From positions 1 to 55,951 of the IMG/VR virus record IMGVR_UViG_3300025828_000030: DNA of 55,951 nucleotides. The stretch is one strand, 5' to 3'. A program made the position numbers and the translations under genes. Of the stretch, positions 26,473-34,434 are shown piece by piece (the first letter of the stretch is position 1; each line of letters opens with the position of its first letter). The notes under the pieces were generated by a model. That model was not told the DNA's origin. It saw only the letters and a list, made by a program, of their open reading frames with translations, and did not search any database. This DNA comes from a virus. Taxonomy: Duplodnaviria > Caudoviricetes.

Positions 26473-26802
26473 CTATATGGATATATCGTCTAGTATTCTA
26501 GATATTTGATCTTGTTGTGGAACTTGTTGCATTTGTGAACCCATTGGACTTGTAGCTATTTGTGCATTTGCTCTTTGACCTTGAATAGCTATTTTTTGTT
26601 GTTGCAACTTATCTATTTCATTAGCTACGGCTTGAGCTCTATCAAACTCTTGATTACGAACTACCATGTCATATTCTTGCATGAGGTTGTTAATCATAGA
26701 ATCAATGGTAAACATTTGACCTTCAGGTGTTCTCATTTCAAATCTAGGCTCGTTGTCGGACATAGTTCTTCCAGACTCACCTAACATATCTCGCATATTC
26801 AT
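26473..26802 (-). CDS. Q/M-rich hypothetical protein
   Basis: 109 aa, coupled to the upstream ORF. Confidence 0.65.
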   Translation of the reverse strand: MNMRDMLGESGRTMSDNEPRFEMRTPEGQMFTIDSMINNLMQEYDMVVRNQEFDRAQAVANEIDKLQQQKIAIQGQRANAQIATSPMGSQMQQVPQQDQISRILDDISI

Positions 26803-27071
26803 TAGATACCAAACATCTCCCTAGCCATCTGTAGTTCTTCCATAGTTACGCCAGCTTCTTTAAGAAAAGCCTGTATTTCTTCATCTGAGGCACCTTGAGA
26901 TACCATTTGTTGTAAAATATTTAATAATTGTATGAGGGCTTTCTTTGCCTCTTCTTGCTCAGAAACTGATATTTGATCTAATTCTTGTTGCATTTGACCA
27001 GCAGAATTTTGGGGGGCAGGAGTCCCTGGCATCATTACTGGGTCAACCTGCATATTCATGTCGTCATCCAT
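26802..27071 (-). CDS. Q/M-rich hypothetical protein
   Basis: 89 aa, GAGG RBS; first gene of this late block. Confidence 0.65.
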   Translation of the reverse strand: MDDDMNMQVDPVMMPGTPAPQNSAGQMQQELDQISVSEQEEAKKALIQLLNILQQMVSQGASDEEIQAFLKEAGVTMEELQMAREMFGI

Positions 27072-27268
27072 AGAGAACCTCTTAGTTAAAATCCGATATT
27101 AACATAAAAAAACTAGGTATGACTAGCATTGTGCTACAAATGTATTTTGTTTGTGTTTGTTATTAACCTTGTGTGTGTATATATACCGTAGGTACCAATT
27201 TGTCCCCCCACCCCCCAAATAATAGGATCCGACTCCGATATTTGTGTATCTAAAAGAATCCTAGACAT

Positions 27269-27293
27269 AAAAAAAGGGAGCGTATTGCTCCCT
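27269..27293 (-). terminator. Rho-independent terminator
   Basis: AGGGAGC-AATAC-GCTCCCT followed by T6 on the minus strand. Confidence 0.8.
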
Positions 27294-27316
27294 CATTCCT
27301 CCGACTATTTATTAGT

Positions 27317-27538
27317 TTAGTTCAACTCACCTTCATGAGTTAAAAGTTCTCCAACAGATACTCCGTCTCCATGTTGAATATTAGTTACAGCTTGAGATAA
27401 ATGTCTCATCTCAGCATGAACGCCACCTGCTTGGATGATGTGCATTCCATTGATGATTAGACTGTCACAGTTAGTCTCTATGGCTTTGCCAACAACCTGC
27501 GTGCCTGTTTCATCGTATAAGTTTATTTCTATCTTCAT
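27317..27538 (-). CDS. Hypothetical early protein
   Basis: GGAGG RBS; 73 aa; followed by a terminator. Confidence 0.7.
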   Translation of the reverse strand: MKIEINLYDETGTQVVGKAIETNCDSLIINGMHIIQAGGVHAEMRHLSQAVTNIQHGDGVSVGELLTHEGELN

Positions 27539-27589
27539 ATTAACCTCCTATTGGTTTTGTTTAAAAGATAATTCATTTTAAGTTATTAG

Positions 27590-27778
27590 TTACATTTTGT
27601 CTACTCTTTTATAGAACTTTCTTTTGCTGCCTAATTCATAGATGAACAACCCTTTCCTGGTCAGGTAGCCGGGCATCTTCCGGATAAATTCCTGGGCTTG
27701 TGTTTCGCACTCTTTCAAAGTAGAACCCCAAACCCGAGGTTTCCCGAGATGGCAGTACCCGACATACCCCAGCCTCAC
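27590..27778 (-). CDS. Hypothetical early protein
   Basis: 62 aa with GTG start and no clear RBS. Confidence 0.45.
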   Translation of the reverse strand: MRLGYVGYCHLGKPRVWGSTLKECETQAQEFIRKMPGYLTRKGLFIYELGSKRKFYKRVDKM

Positions 27779-27865
27779 CCGGCAGATCTCCAGGGCTTGT
27801 GTGTGTAAGGCTTATGTGCTGGCTGTAGGCCAGGACCAGGACTAATCACTAGACCCGACCCGACA
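27765..27865 (+). repeat. CCAG/AGATC - TGTGT - CCCGAC module (copy 2)
   Basis: cccagcc..agatctccagg, cttgtgtgtgta, cccgacccgac. Confidence 0.6.
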
Positions 27866-27917
27866 ATAGGAACACCAGCACATACACGCCAATTGTTATT
27901 AAGAACAATGTATCCAT
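27849..27917 (-). CDS. Micro membrane peptide (22 aa)
   Basis: MDTLFLITIGVYVLVFLLSGRV; abuts the upstream stop (TGAATG); resembles the peptide at 30678. Confidence 0.55.
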   Translation of the reverse strand: MDTLFLITIGVYVLVFLLSGRV

Positions 27918-28076
27918 TCATTCTTCCGTATAACCGTCAAACCAAACCCCTTCCTCCCGGGTGTCGTCTCTCTGGCAATGCTCCTGAGCTTCTTCTAAGG
28001 TCAACCCAGTTTTAACTGTTTCGCGAGCTGGACCTGGAAACCCGTCCTCTTTATAAAATCTAATTATTTTGTACAC
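27918..28076 (-). CDS. Small early protein (52 aa)
   Basis: AGGAGAAGTAAT-GTG start; MYKIIRFY..GLTLEEAQEHC..WFDGYTEE. Confidence 0.8.
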   Translation of the reverse strand: MYKIIRFYKEDGFPGPARETVKTGLTLEEAQEHCQRDDTREEGVWFDGYTEE

Positions 28077-28102
28077 ATTACTTCTCCTGTAATTAAAAGC
28101 TT

Positions 28103-28131
28103 ATTGAATCACACTGTATACAAAATGTCAA
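28103..28131 (-). promoter_or_regulatory. Sigma70-like early promoter
   Basis: TTGACA-N17-TTCAAT (weak -10), with TGTATACAAA in the spacer. Confidence 0.55.
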
Positions 28132-28134
28132 CAC

Positions 28135-28282
28135 CCTGCTCATCCAGGCCAGATCTACCCAGGCAGATCCAGATCCCCTGGTATTAGATCCTTGTGTCTG
28201 TAATATCTGTGTCTCTAGCTATGCTAGACCGAAAACCCGACAACCCGACTCCCGACATAAAAAAACCCGACACTAGGTCGGG
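28135..28282 (+). repeat. CCAG/AGATC - TGTGT - CCCGAC module (copy 3)
   Basis: ccaggccagatc..ccaggcagatccagatc; ttgtgtctg..ctgtgtct; four cccgac copies. Confidence 0.65.
28259..28282 (-). terminator. Rho-independent terminator
   Basis: CCCGAC-CTAGT-GTCGGG followed by T7 on the minus strand. Confidence 0.8.
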
Positions 28283-28304
28283 CTTCTCTCCTCTCATCTA
28301 TCTT

Positions 28305-28472
28305 TCACATAACTACCTCTCTCATAGTTTCAAAGTGTCTTGTGATATTAACACCAACTTCGTATTCACTTCCGCATGACTCACAATGCCATTCTTCTAC
28401 TTCGCCTGTAGCGATGTCTCTTTGATAACGTAATTCATCTTCATTACACTTGGGACAAACTTGCACACACAT
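28305..28472 (-). CDS. Zinc-ribbon protein (55 aa)
   Basis: Manual translation MCVQVCPKCNEDEL..WHCESCGSEYEV..; TAATG coupling. Confidence 0.75.
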   Translation of the reverse strand: MCVQVCPKCNEDELRYQRDIATGEVEEWHCESCGSEYEVGVNITRHFETMREVVM

Positions 28473-28891
28473 TACTTAGCTACCTCATCAACAATAGCCA
28501 TGATGATTTCTTTGACTCTTGCTTGTGCGTTTGGCTCTAGCAATGCTATAGCTAACTTATCGCTTACTTGCCTCTTAACATTCCAATCATCTTTGTGCCA
28601 ATTCAACATATACTTACCATCATAGCTAAAAACACTACTAACATTATAAGCACCATTCTTGCTCATAGTATTGTAATTGGCTATATCTTCGTTTACTGAC
28701 TTCTCTCGTAGATTAAGTTCTTGGCAAAGTATGTCAATTTTTCTTTTCATCTTTCGTAGCTCATCAGTCTTCTTAACTAACGCTTTGTAGTCAGCAGACT
28801 TCTTAGCTTTTTCTATTTGCTTGTCAGCTTTCTCACTAACACCCTCCATAATCTGATTGACTATGGCTTCTTGTTCAAATTTTCTAATCAT
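28472..28891 (-). CDS. Coiled-coil early protein
   Basis: AGGAGAAGTAAT RBS; 139 aa. Confidence 0.75.
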   Translation of the reverse strand: MIRKFEQEAIVNQIMEGVSEKADKQIEKAKKSADYKALVKKTDELRKMKRKIDILCQELNLREKSVNEDIANYNTMSKNGAYNVSSVFSYDGKYMLNWHKDDWNVKRQVSDKLAIALLEPNAQARVKEIIMAIVDEVAK

Positions 28892-28924
28892 ATTACTTCT
28901 CCTATAAAGTTAATTTGAGTCTTT

Positions 28925-28952
28925 AATATAACATAGTGGATACAAATTGCAA
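28925..28952 (-). promoter_or_regulatory. Sigma70-like early promoter
   Basis: TTGCAA-N16-TATATT with extended TG; TGGATACAAAT (plus strand) in the spacer. Confidence 0.6.
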
Positions 28953-28982
28953 CTCTTTATTAAAAGATGTTTTTTAGCTTAC

Positions 28983-29120
28983 TCCAGCAGCCAGAACCCA
29001 GCCGGAAGATCCCAGCCAGGTATGTGTTATCCGGTGTGGATCTGTGTTATATTGTGTGTATAGTCTTTCCCGACCCGACCCGACCCGATTAGCCCGACAA
29101 CCCGACAGATAGCCCGACTG
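28983..29120 (+). repeat. CCAG/GATC - TGTGT - CCCGAC module (copy 4)
   Basis: ccagcagccag..cccagccagg; four tgtg clusters; tandem CCGAC x3 + CCGAT, then three further cccgac. Confidence 0.7.
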
Positions 29121-29252
29121 TAGCCTGTTTTTGTTTAGCTTTTTTATGGAGAGAGTGGACGAGAGAGGGGACAGATGCGATTAATCCCCAAAATCCCTCC
29201 ATATAAATCCATTCTATTATATAAATAAGATACATTTTGTTTACTATAACTA

Positions 29253-29280
29253 TTGACATTATGGATACAAATAGTATCAT
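29253..29280 (+). promoter_or_regulatory. Sigma70-like early promoter
   Basis: TTGACA-N16-TATCAT; TGGATACAAAT in the spacer. Confidence 0.65.
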
Positions 29281-29286
29281 TAATAG

Positions 29287-29404
29287 GTGAGGTTAGCACA
29301 TAGAAGAGGTAAGCTATTAAATTGATACCTGTACTCTACTTGGTCGCCAACGCTTTCGAGCAAGTCGCCGATAGTATCAAACGAGATTATAAACAAAGCC
29401 TCAC
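29287..29404 (+). ncRNA. Candidate structured leader RNA
   Basis: Nested stems GTGAGG/CCTCAC, TTGATAC/GTATCAA and ACTTG.TCG/CGA.CAAGT, starting about 7 nt after the -10 box. Confidence 0.45.
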
Positions 29405-29439
29405 ACTTTATTAACCCTTAAACTTATAGGAGAGTAAAT

Positions 29440-29874
29440 ATGGGAACGAGAAGTAATATCGCTTACGAGCAACCAAACGGAAACGTAATAGTGACTTATT
29501 GTCATTGGGACGGCTATCCAACCTACAATGGTCAAGTATTAAACGACCATTATAACAACCCCAAGAAAGCAGAAGAGATAGCCAATCAAGGTTATATCAG
29601 TTCGCTTAAACCAACAGTAAAAGAGTCAATAGAGGATAGGGCTAATCATGATGAACCTATGTTGTATAACTCTTTGAACGCTTATCTTATGGATATGAAT
29701 TGGGACATAGAATACGCTTACATCTATTCACACAATCAATGGTATTGTAATGACCATAATCTTATGAATGTCGACCCTGATACCTTTGAAATTGATAAGA
29801 GCAACACACTCAAAGCATCACACTTTGAACCTTTATGGTCTGTGCTTGTGAGACACCAAAAGGAGTCAGCATAA
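29440..29874 (+). CDS. Conserved phage early protein (YCHWDGYP family)
   Basis: MGTRSNI..YCHWDGYP..IEYAYIY; AGGAG RBS. Confidence 0.8.
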   Translation: MGTRSNIAYEQPNGNVIVTYCHWDGYPTYNGQVLNDHYNNPKKAEEIANQGYISSLKPTVKESIEDRANHDEPMLYNSLNAYLMDMNWDIEYAYIYSHNQWYCNDHNLMNVDPDTFEIDKSNTLKASHFEPLWSVLVRHQKESA

Positions 29875-30255
29875 ATGGATAACCATAAACTTACATTTAG
29901 ATCTAATAAATCCCTAGTCAAATTGGCTAGGGAGACTCTCACTAACAGTAATTTTAAAATTGCTTATCGTGATAAATACACCACAGATAAATGCTTTTAC
30001 CTTGTCAAAGATGACGGCATATATCTTATGGAAGCATACGACACAACCAAGACACCTACAGAAAATGGAACTGTAGTCTATGCAAGTGGCTACAACCCCA
30101 AGTATAACGACAACGTATGGGAAGACTCATATCAAGTCAGTTCTGATGACTTTGCTGATAATATGTATTTTACTGATGAGCAGTTAGAACGCATTGCTAG
30201 TGGTGGAGATATAGAGATAACCATAACCCCTGATACATACGAGGTGAGAGCATGA
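29875..30255 (+). CDS. DUF3085-like protein
   Basis: LVKDDGIYLM..VVYASGYNP..DDFAD pattern. Confidence 0.65.
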   Translation: MDNHKLTFRSNKSLVKLARETLTNSNFKIAYRDKYTTDKCFYLVKDDGIYLMEAYDTTKTPTENGTVVYASGYNPKYNDNVWEDSYQVSSDDFADNMYFTDEQLERIASGGDIEITITPDTYEVRA

Positions 30256-30350
30256 GCAATATTGATAGAACCAAGATACCAAAACATTTACGCCACTTAT
30301 CCGAGTGGAGACTAAGAGCATTATTTTATTTATTTAGAGGGAGAGTTTAA
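30252..30350 (+). CDS. Micro protein (32 aa)
   Basis: MSNIDRTKIPKHLRHLSEWRLRALFYLFRGRV; GAGGTG RBS and ATGA overlap. Confidence 0.55.
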   Translation: MSNIDRTKIPKHLRHLSEWRLRALFYLFRGRV

Positions 30351-30352
30351 CC

Positions 30353-30688
30353 ATGTCAACATATTACCGACCAACAACACCGATACCATTACGTGCAATC
30401 AAAATTAACAAGAATTTAAAAGAGCTTGGTTTTGAAGTCATAGAAGATGAGAACGGCACTTATTTTCATCTTGAGGGCAACTATATACATTATGCAGTTG
30501 ATAACCGTGAAAACGTCATTGATGTATTTAGATATGGTGGCAACAATGCTTCCAAAGTATTAGAACCTCTTGAGCATGAGTTTGAAGTTAATTTTATCTC
30601 CGAGTATGACGAGGAATATAACGACTATGCTGATGAAGATACAGGAGTCATTCGTATTCATATAGGAGATTTAGTCAATGACAGTTGA
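30353..30688 (+). CDS. Hypothetical early protein
   Basis: 111 aa; GGGAG RBS. Confidence 0.7.
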   Translation: MSTYYRPTTPIPLRAIKINKNLKELGFEVIEDENGTYFHLEGNYIHYAVDNRENVIDVFRYGGNNASKVLEPLEHEFEVNFISEYDEEYNDYADEDTGVIRIHIGDLVNDS

Positions 30689-30752
30689 TACCATGTTCAT
30701 AATAACCATTGTATGCTACGTCATTGCATACATAGTCTCACAACCTGAATGA
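30678..30752 (+). CDS. Micro membrane peptide (24 aa)
   Basis: MTVDTMFIITIVCYVIAYIVSQPE; AGGAG RBS; ATGA coupling to the next gene. Confidence 0.6.
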   Translation: MTVDTMFIITIVCYVIAYIVSQPE

Positions 30753-30946
30753 GAAGATTTAACATTAAGATAATCTCATTTGACCCCGAGAAGTATGACT
30801 TGCAACGATACCAAAATATCGAGCAAGTCGGCTTCAAGGTAGGCTACTTAGTCTATGAAAATCAAAAACACACTCACACAGCTTGGTTTAAAAACCATAG
30901 ACAGCTTTTTAAACATTTAGATAAGTTCTTGAACAATCCAAACTAA
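30749..30946 (+). CDS. Hypothetical protein
   Basis: 65 aa, coupled to the upstream peptide. Confidence 0.6.
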   Translation: MRRFNIKIISFDPEKYDLQRYQNIEQVGFKVGYLVYENQKHTHTAWFKNHRQLFKHLDKFLNNPN

Positions 30947-30957
30947 TTTGCTATATT
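30929..30957 (+). promoter_or_regulatory. Sigma70-like promoter for the putative sRNA
   Basis: TTGAAC-N17-TATATT with extended TG. Confidence 0.55.
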
Positions 30958-30963
30958 CGGGCT

Positions 30964-31028
30964 AAGGCATAGTCTGATTTAGGTATTACTTCTCAATCCC
31001 TCTCCACCCAATCTTGTTATGCCTTTTT
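30964..31028 (+). ncRNA. Candidate anti-RBS small RNA
   Basis: Stem AAGGCATAG/TTATGCCTT with U-tract; pyrimidine loop ATTACTTCTCAATCCCTCTCC complementary to several phage RBS regions. Confidence 0.55.
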
Positions 31029-31169
31029 ATCTTTCTTACCCTCAGATACAACCTCATAGTGATTAACCTTGCCTTCTTTAATGGCCTTAGCAAAGAGTTT
31101 TTCTAGTTCTGGGTAAGTCTTGGCAATTAATTCTTCATCTGTGTATAAGACAGCTTTAATCCTGTTCAT
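31017..31169 (-). CDS. Small protein (50 aa)
   Basis: Manual translation MNRIKAVLYTDEELIAKTYPELEKLFAKAIKEGKVNHYEVVSEGKKDKKA; overlaps the end of terS. Confidence 0.55.
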   Translation of the reverse strand: MNRIKAVLYTDEELIAKTYPELEKLFAKAIKEGKVNHYEVVSEGKKDKKA

Positions 31170-31785
31170 CTTTCTCAGTCCAACCTTCTTCCCATGCTTC
31201 TTCTTCCTCTAAATCAGTCTCTTGGTCTATTGCTTCTTGTTCTTTCTCCTGCTGATCTACCAGGGCTGGATCCGGCTCCGGTTCAGTCTTATCTTCCAGG
31301 ACCACGTTGCCCATGAGCTGAGATAACCTGGCTTCGACTTCCTCCCGACTCATTTGATCTACCTTACCGAACATTACCTCTTTACGATCTACAATAAGAC
31401 CCCCGACCTTTAACAAAGAGTTTTGAGCTGAGATAGCTGCATTAAATGATCCAGCCTCCATAGCCTTATCACGTATATCATAGAGATCCTGGACAGCCCT
31501 GTCATAGTTTAGCTCATACTTCTTCTTAGCCTCATTCATCAAATAGTTATACTCCTTACGAATCAAGGGCTTGTTCATGAGTTTGTTTGCTGCTTGTCTT
31601 GGGGAAGTGTATCCAGCTTTGTAGGCACACTCTACTAAAGATAGCCTGGGATTATTGACTGCTATCCAAATAAAGTTTCGTTGTCGTCTGTTGAGGGAGT
31701 TATCGAGGTTGCAATATTCAATGGGAGCTTCTTCTTCCGCAGATATGATAGGTTCATACTCTAGTTTATTTTTTCTATTTCCCAT
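31156..31785 (-). CDS. terS: Terminase small subunit
   Basis: LNRRQRNF..ECAYKAGY..AANKLM HTH; AGSFNAAISA..GGLIVDRKEV; acidic tail. Confidence 0.75.
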   Translation of the reverse strand: MGNRKNKLEYEPIISAEEEAPIEYCNLDNSLNRRQRNFIWIAVNNPRLSLVECAYKAGYTSPRQAANKLMNKPLIRKEYNYLMNEAKKKYELNYDRAVQDLYDIRDKAMEAGSFNAAISAQNSLLKVGGLIVDRKEVMFGKVDQMSREEVEARLSQLMGNVVLEDKTEPEPDPALVDQQEKEQEAIDQETDLEEEEAWEEGWTEKDEQD

Positions 31786-31929
31786 GTATGTTTCGCATAT
31801 TAGAGTTTGGCGTAAGCTTAATAATACTTACCCCCACTTTACCCTAAAGTGTATTGAGAGGATACTTGAGAAGTATAGATCTAGTCAAGTATTTTATAAA
31901 TTATTTAGTAAGTTTTCTTCACTCTCTAA

Positions 31930-32045
31930 TGACAAAAATGAAAAAAATACAATAATCGTCAAAAGCCCATTCTTATCACGTTTTTAGCTGTCAGACACTT
32001 TTGACAATAATTGACAATAATCTATTTTGGGACTGTTTTGTCAAT
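31930..32045. repeat. TGACAA repeat cluster (possible origin or operator array)
   Basis: TTGACAATAA tandem x2 at 32001-32020, with further TGACAA/TGTCA copies near 31930, 31990 and 32039 in AT-rich DNA. Confidence 0.45.
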
Positions 32046-32261
32046 ATATTGAGCTAAAACCTCATCAACGAGCTTTGCAAGTTCTTTATCCTGGAACTCT
32101 AAACTTAGCTGTGCCAAGCAAAAACTGATGGTGGCCAAGGCAATGTTAAGTCTATCTTCGCCTCTATAAACCATGTTCTCAAACATACTATCTAAACGAC
32201 TAACGACTTCTTGTAGAGTGGGCTTACCCATTTTATCTTTAATCTCTACTATTTTTGCCAT
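32022..32261 (-). CDS. Hypothetical protein
   Basis: 79 aa; TATGAT -10-like box just upstream. Confidence 0.65.
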   Translation of the reverse strand: MAKIVEIKDKMGKPTLQEVVSRLDSMFENMVYRGEDRLNIALATISFCLAQLSLEFQDKELAKLVDEVLAQYIDKTVPK

Positions 32262-32293
32262 ATCGCATCATAACACGATATTTTAATAAATGG

Positions 32294-32479
32294 TTAATGC
32301 CTCTCCATGCGAGCTGGTATAACAACTTCCCAGTTGCATTGATCACAACAACGACCATTGTTTACAGGTTGTGCGTTATTACCTTGATCCCAAACCACCT
32401 CACCAACAGAATTACGCAATGGCTTGATATGTCCATTACAGATACTGCATCTTACCTTATCTAACTCAACTATCAGCAT
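32294..32479 (-). CDS. Small Zn-binding protein
   Basis: CSIC..GNNAQPV..GRCCDQCN. Confidence 0.7.
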   Translation of the reverse strand: MLIVELDKVRCSICNGHIKPLRNSVGEVVWDQGNNAQPVNNGRCCDQCNWEVVIPARMERH

Positions 32480-33659
32480 AATCCATCTCCTTTAATATGT
32501 GCTTGATAACCTCAACAGTCCAACCATTACCCAACATCTTGTATCTTTGCGTGTTTGATACATGGTTTGTATAGTTATCTGGAACTGTTTGCAGTCTTTC
32601 ACACTCTAAAGGCGTTAGTTTACGCCAATGCAGTTCATCAACACTGTCCCATTCATGTCTATCATAAGATCCTCTACCACCAGATCTAACTGTTTTAGAC
32701 TTAGATCTAATCTTAGATTCCTCTACTACAACACTATCTTTGCTTACTGTTGTAAGTGCGTTTGTCTTATTATCCTTTCGCAGTTCTAACATTTGTGTTG
32801 TTTTACCTGCAACTGAATCGCCAAATCTATCCATACGCTTACCATCTTTATCATAAGCTCTACCAACAATACGGCCACCAGTCACGACTTTCGGCTCACG
32901 ATTACCACCTTGGCAAGTGTTTACTGTAGGAGACTTACCATCTGGACTATAGACTCGTTTGAGTATGTCATGGCCATTTATGTCTGTAGCTGTTCCTATC
33001 TGCAATGGTTTATTTACTAACTGTCTTCGGTATTTATCTTTGTAATGATGTGGTTTTGCACCTGTTTTAGAGTAATTAGCATCAATACAATAGCTTTTGT
33101 CTCTATCACTATCGTAGTTATCTTCAAGAATATCTCTTAAAACTATGCCTTTATCCTCTGGTTGCTGTATTCCTGGAATGTTTGTCCAGTAATATCTTTG
33201 CCTTGACTGAGCAGATACAAGAGAACTGTTGATAAATATCGGCTCTATACCAAACATTATCTCTGGATAACATTCTGATACTTGCTCAGATATAACCTGT
33301 AAGTATTCTTTCTTCATTCTTACATTCTCTAATAAGAAATACTTTGGTTTGATTGCTTTGAGTAATCGTATGAACTCAAAGAACAATGCTGATCTAGGAT
33401 CATCAAAAGCAAGTTGTTTACCAGCAAAACTAAATCCCTGGCATGGTGAACCGGCAAGTATTAGATCTATGTCTTTGTAATCTTCTGGATCTAAGTCGCA
33501 AACATCTCCAACATGGATAGTATCTGGATAGTTTGCCTGTGCAACCTGGATAGCATACTTATCTATCTCACTTGCATAATATTTGTCTACAGGTATGCCA
33601 AGTTGATCCAATGCAATACGACCACAAGACATACCATCAAATAGACTTAGAACTTTCAC
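32466..33659 (-). CDS. DNA (cytosine-5) methyltransferase
   Basis: Motifs LSLFDGMSCG, GSPCQGFS, LLENV, QSRQRYYW, ERLQT, KMLGNGW. Confidence 0.93.
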   Translation of the reverse strand: MKVLSLFDGMSCGRIALDQLGIPVDKYYASEIDKYAIQVAQANYPDTIHVGDVCDLDPEDYKDIDLILAGSPCQGFSFAGKQLAFDDPRSALFFEFIRLLKAIKPKYFLLENVRMKKEYLQVISEQVSECYPEIMFGIEPIFINSSLVSAQSRQRYYWTNIPGIQQPEDKGIVLRDILEDNYDSDRDKSYCIDANYSKTGAKPHHYKDKYRRQLVNKPLQIGTATDINGHDILKRVYSPDGKSPTVNTCQGGNREPKVVTGGRIVGRAYDKDGKRMDRFGDSVAGKTTQMLELRKDNKTNALTTVSKDSVVVEESKIRSKSKTVRSGGRGSYDRHEWDSVDELHWRKLTPLECERLQTVPDNYTNHVSNTQRYKMLGNGWTVEVIKHILKEMDYADS

Positions 33660-33859
33660 AAGGCAGACTCTCTGCTGTTATCTTCGTCATAAAAGTTTAT
33701 AAGATCACCCTGCGGATCATAAGATTCCATACCTACATTTAATATATGGTATTTCTTGTATGCGGACAGCACTGAATCCACCTTTTTATTATTGTAATCA
33801 TCTACAGCTTGTTCATAAGATAGACGCATCATCATGTAAAGATTGTTTGATTTACTCAT
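33656..33859 (-). CDS. Hypothetical protein
   Basis: Start at MSKSNN after a GAGG RBS is preferred to the ORF-track start (33874). Confidence 0.6.
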   Translation of the reverse strand: MSKSNNLYMMMRLSYEQAVDDYNNKKVDSVLSAYKKYHILNVGMESYDPQGDLINFYDEDNSRESAL

Positions 33860-33964
33860 TATTTTACCTCTCAATGTTTCTTTTTGTGTAATTAATTGTT
33901 ACTCATTGTAGACATTATACATAAAATCAATTAAGATACAAACATACATATTAAGGAGAAGTAT

Positions 33965-34171
33965 ATGGCTAAATTAGAAAAAGATATATCTAATAATGTG
34001 TCTGATGTTATAGATGAAATTATTAGTATTACCAACCCATCTAAGGAAGACTTAGAGAAACAAATAGAGCAAGATAAGATCAACTATCTTGTATGGCAAT
34101 GTGGTGTTGCTATCAAAGAACTACAAGAAGCAGTTGATGAATTAGCTAAATCAAACAAGGAGGCATCATGA
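33965..34171 (+). CDS. Hypothetical coiled-coil protein
   Basis: AAGGAGAAGTA RBS. Confidence 0.7.
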   Translation: MAKLEKDISNNVSDVIDEIISITNPSKEDLEKQIEQDKINYLVWQCGVAIKELQEAVDELAKSNKEAS

Positions 34172-34434
34172 GTAAACAAGAATACTATGAGGCTAACAAC
34201 GATTTAGCTTTTAACTTAACTGTTGATGCACTTGGTAAATATGCAACTAAGTGTAAGAAAGATGAGAAACGCAAAATGATGGATCCGATTCTTGGATCTT
34301 ATTTGTTAACACATCAATTAGCTTGTGCATTGTTATATAAAGCAGAAGGTTATGAACAAGAGCTTGTAGACATTATGCAAGAAGCAATTAAAGATGCTAA
34401 AGAAGTTGTCAAAAATTCAAGGAGTGTGCAATGA
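34168..34434 (+). CDS. Hypothetical protein
   Basis: GGAGG RBS; ATGA overlap. Confidence 0.7.
   Translation: MSKQEYYEANNDLAFNLTVDALGKYATKCKKDEKRKMMDPILGSYLLTHQLACALLYKAEGYEQELVDIMQEAIKDAKEVVKNSRSVQ

Noticed and set aside
27145-29120. Possible CRISPR mini-array
   Set aside because: Repeats are 5-6-nt motifs with irregular spacing, not 25-40-nt repeats with uniform spacers; no cas genes.
29089-29280. 63-aa minus-strand ORF, and plus-strand ORF 28194-28379
   Set aside because: They run through promoter, repeat or terminator DNA and lack an RBS; probably spurious.
31655-31987. 110-aa plus-strand ORF
   Set aside because: Overlaps terS antisense and the AT-rich regulatory region; no RBS or motifs.
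32466-33659. Restriction-modification system
   Set aside because: No cognate endonuclease is adjacent; treated as an orphan phage methyltransferase.
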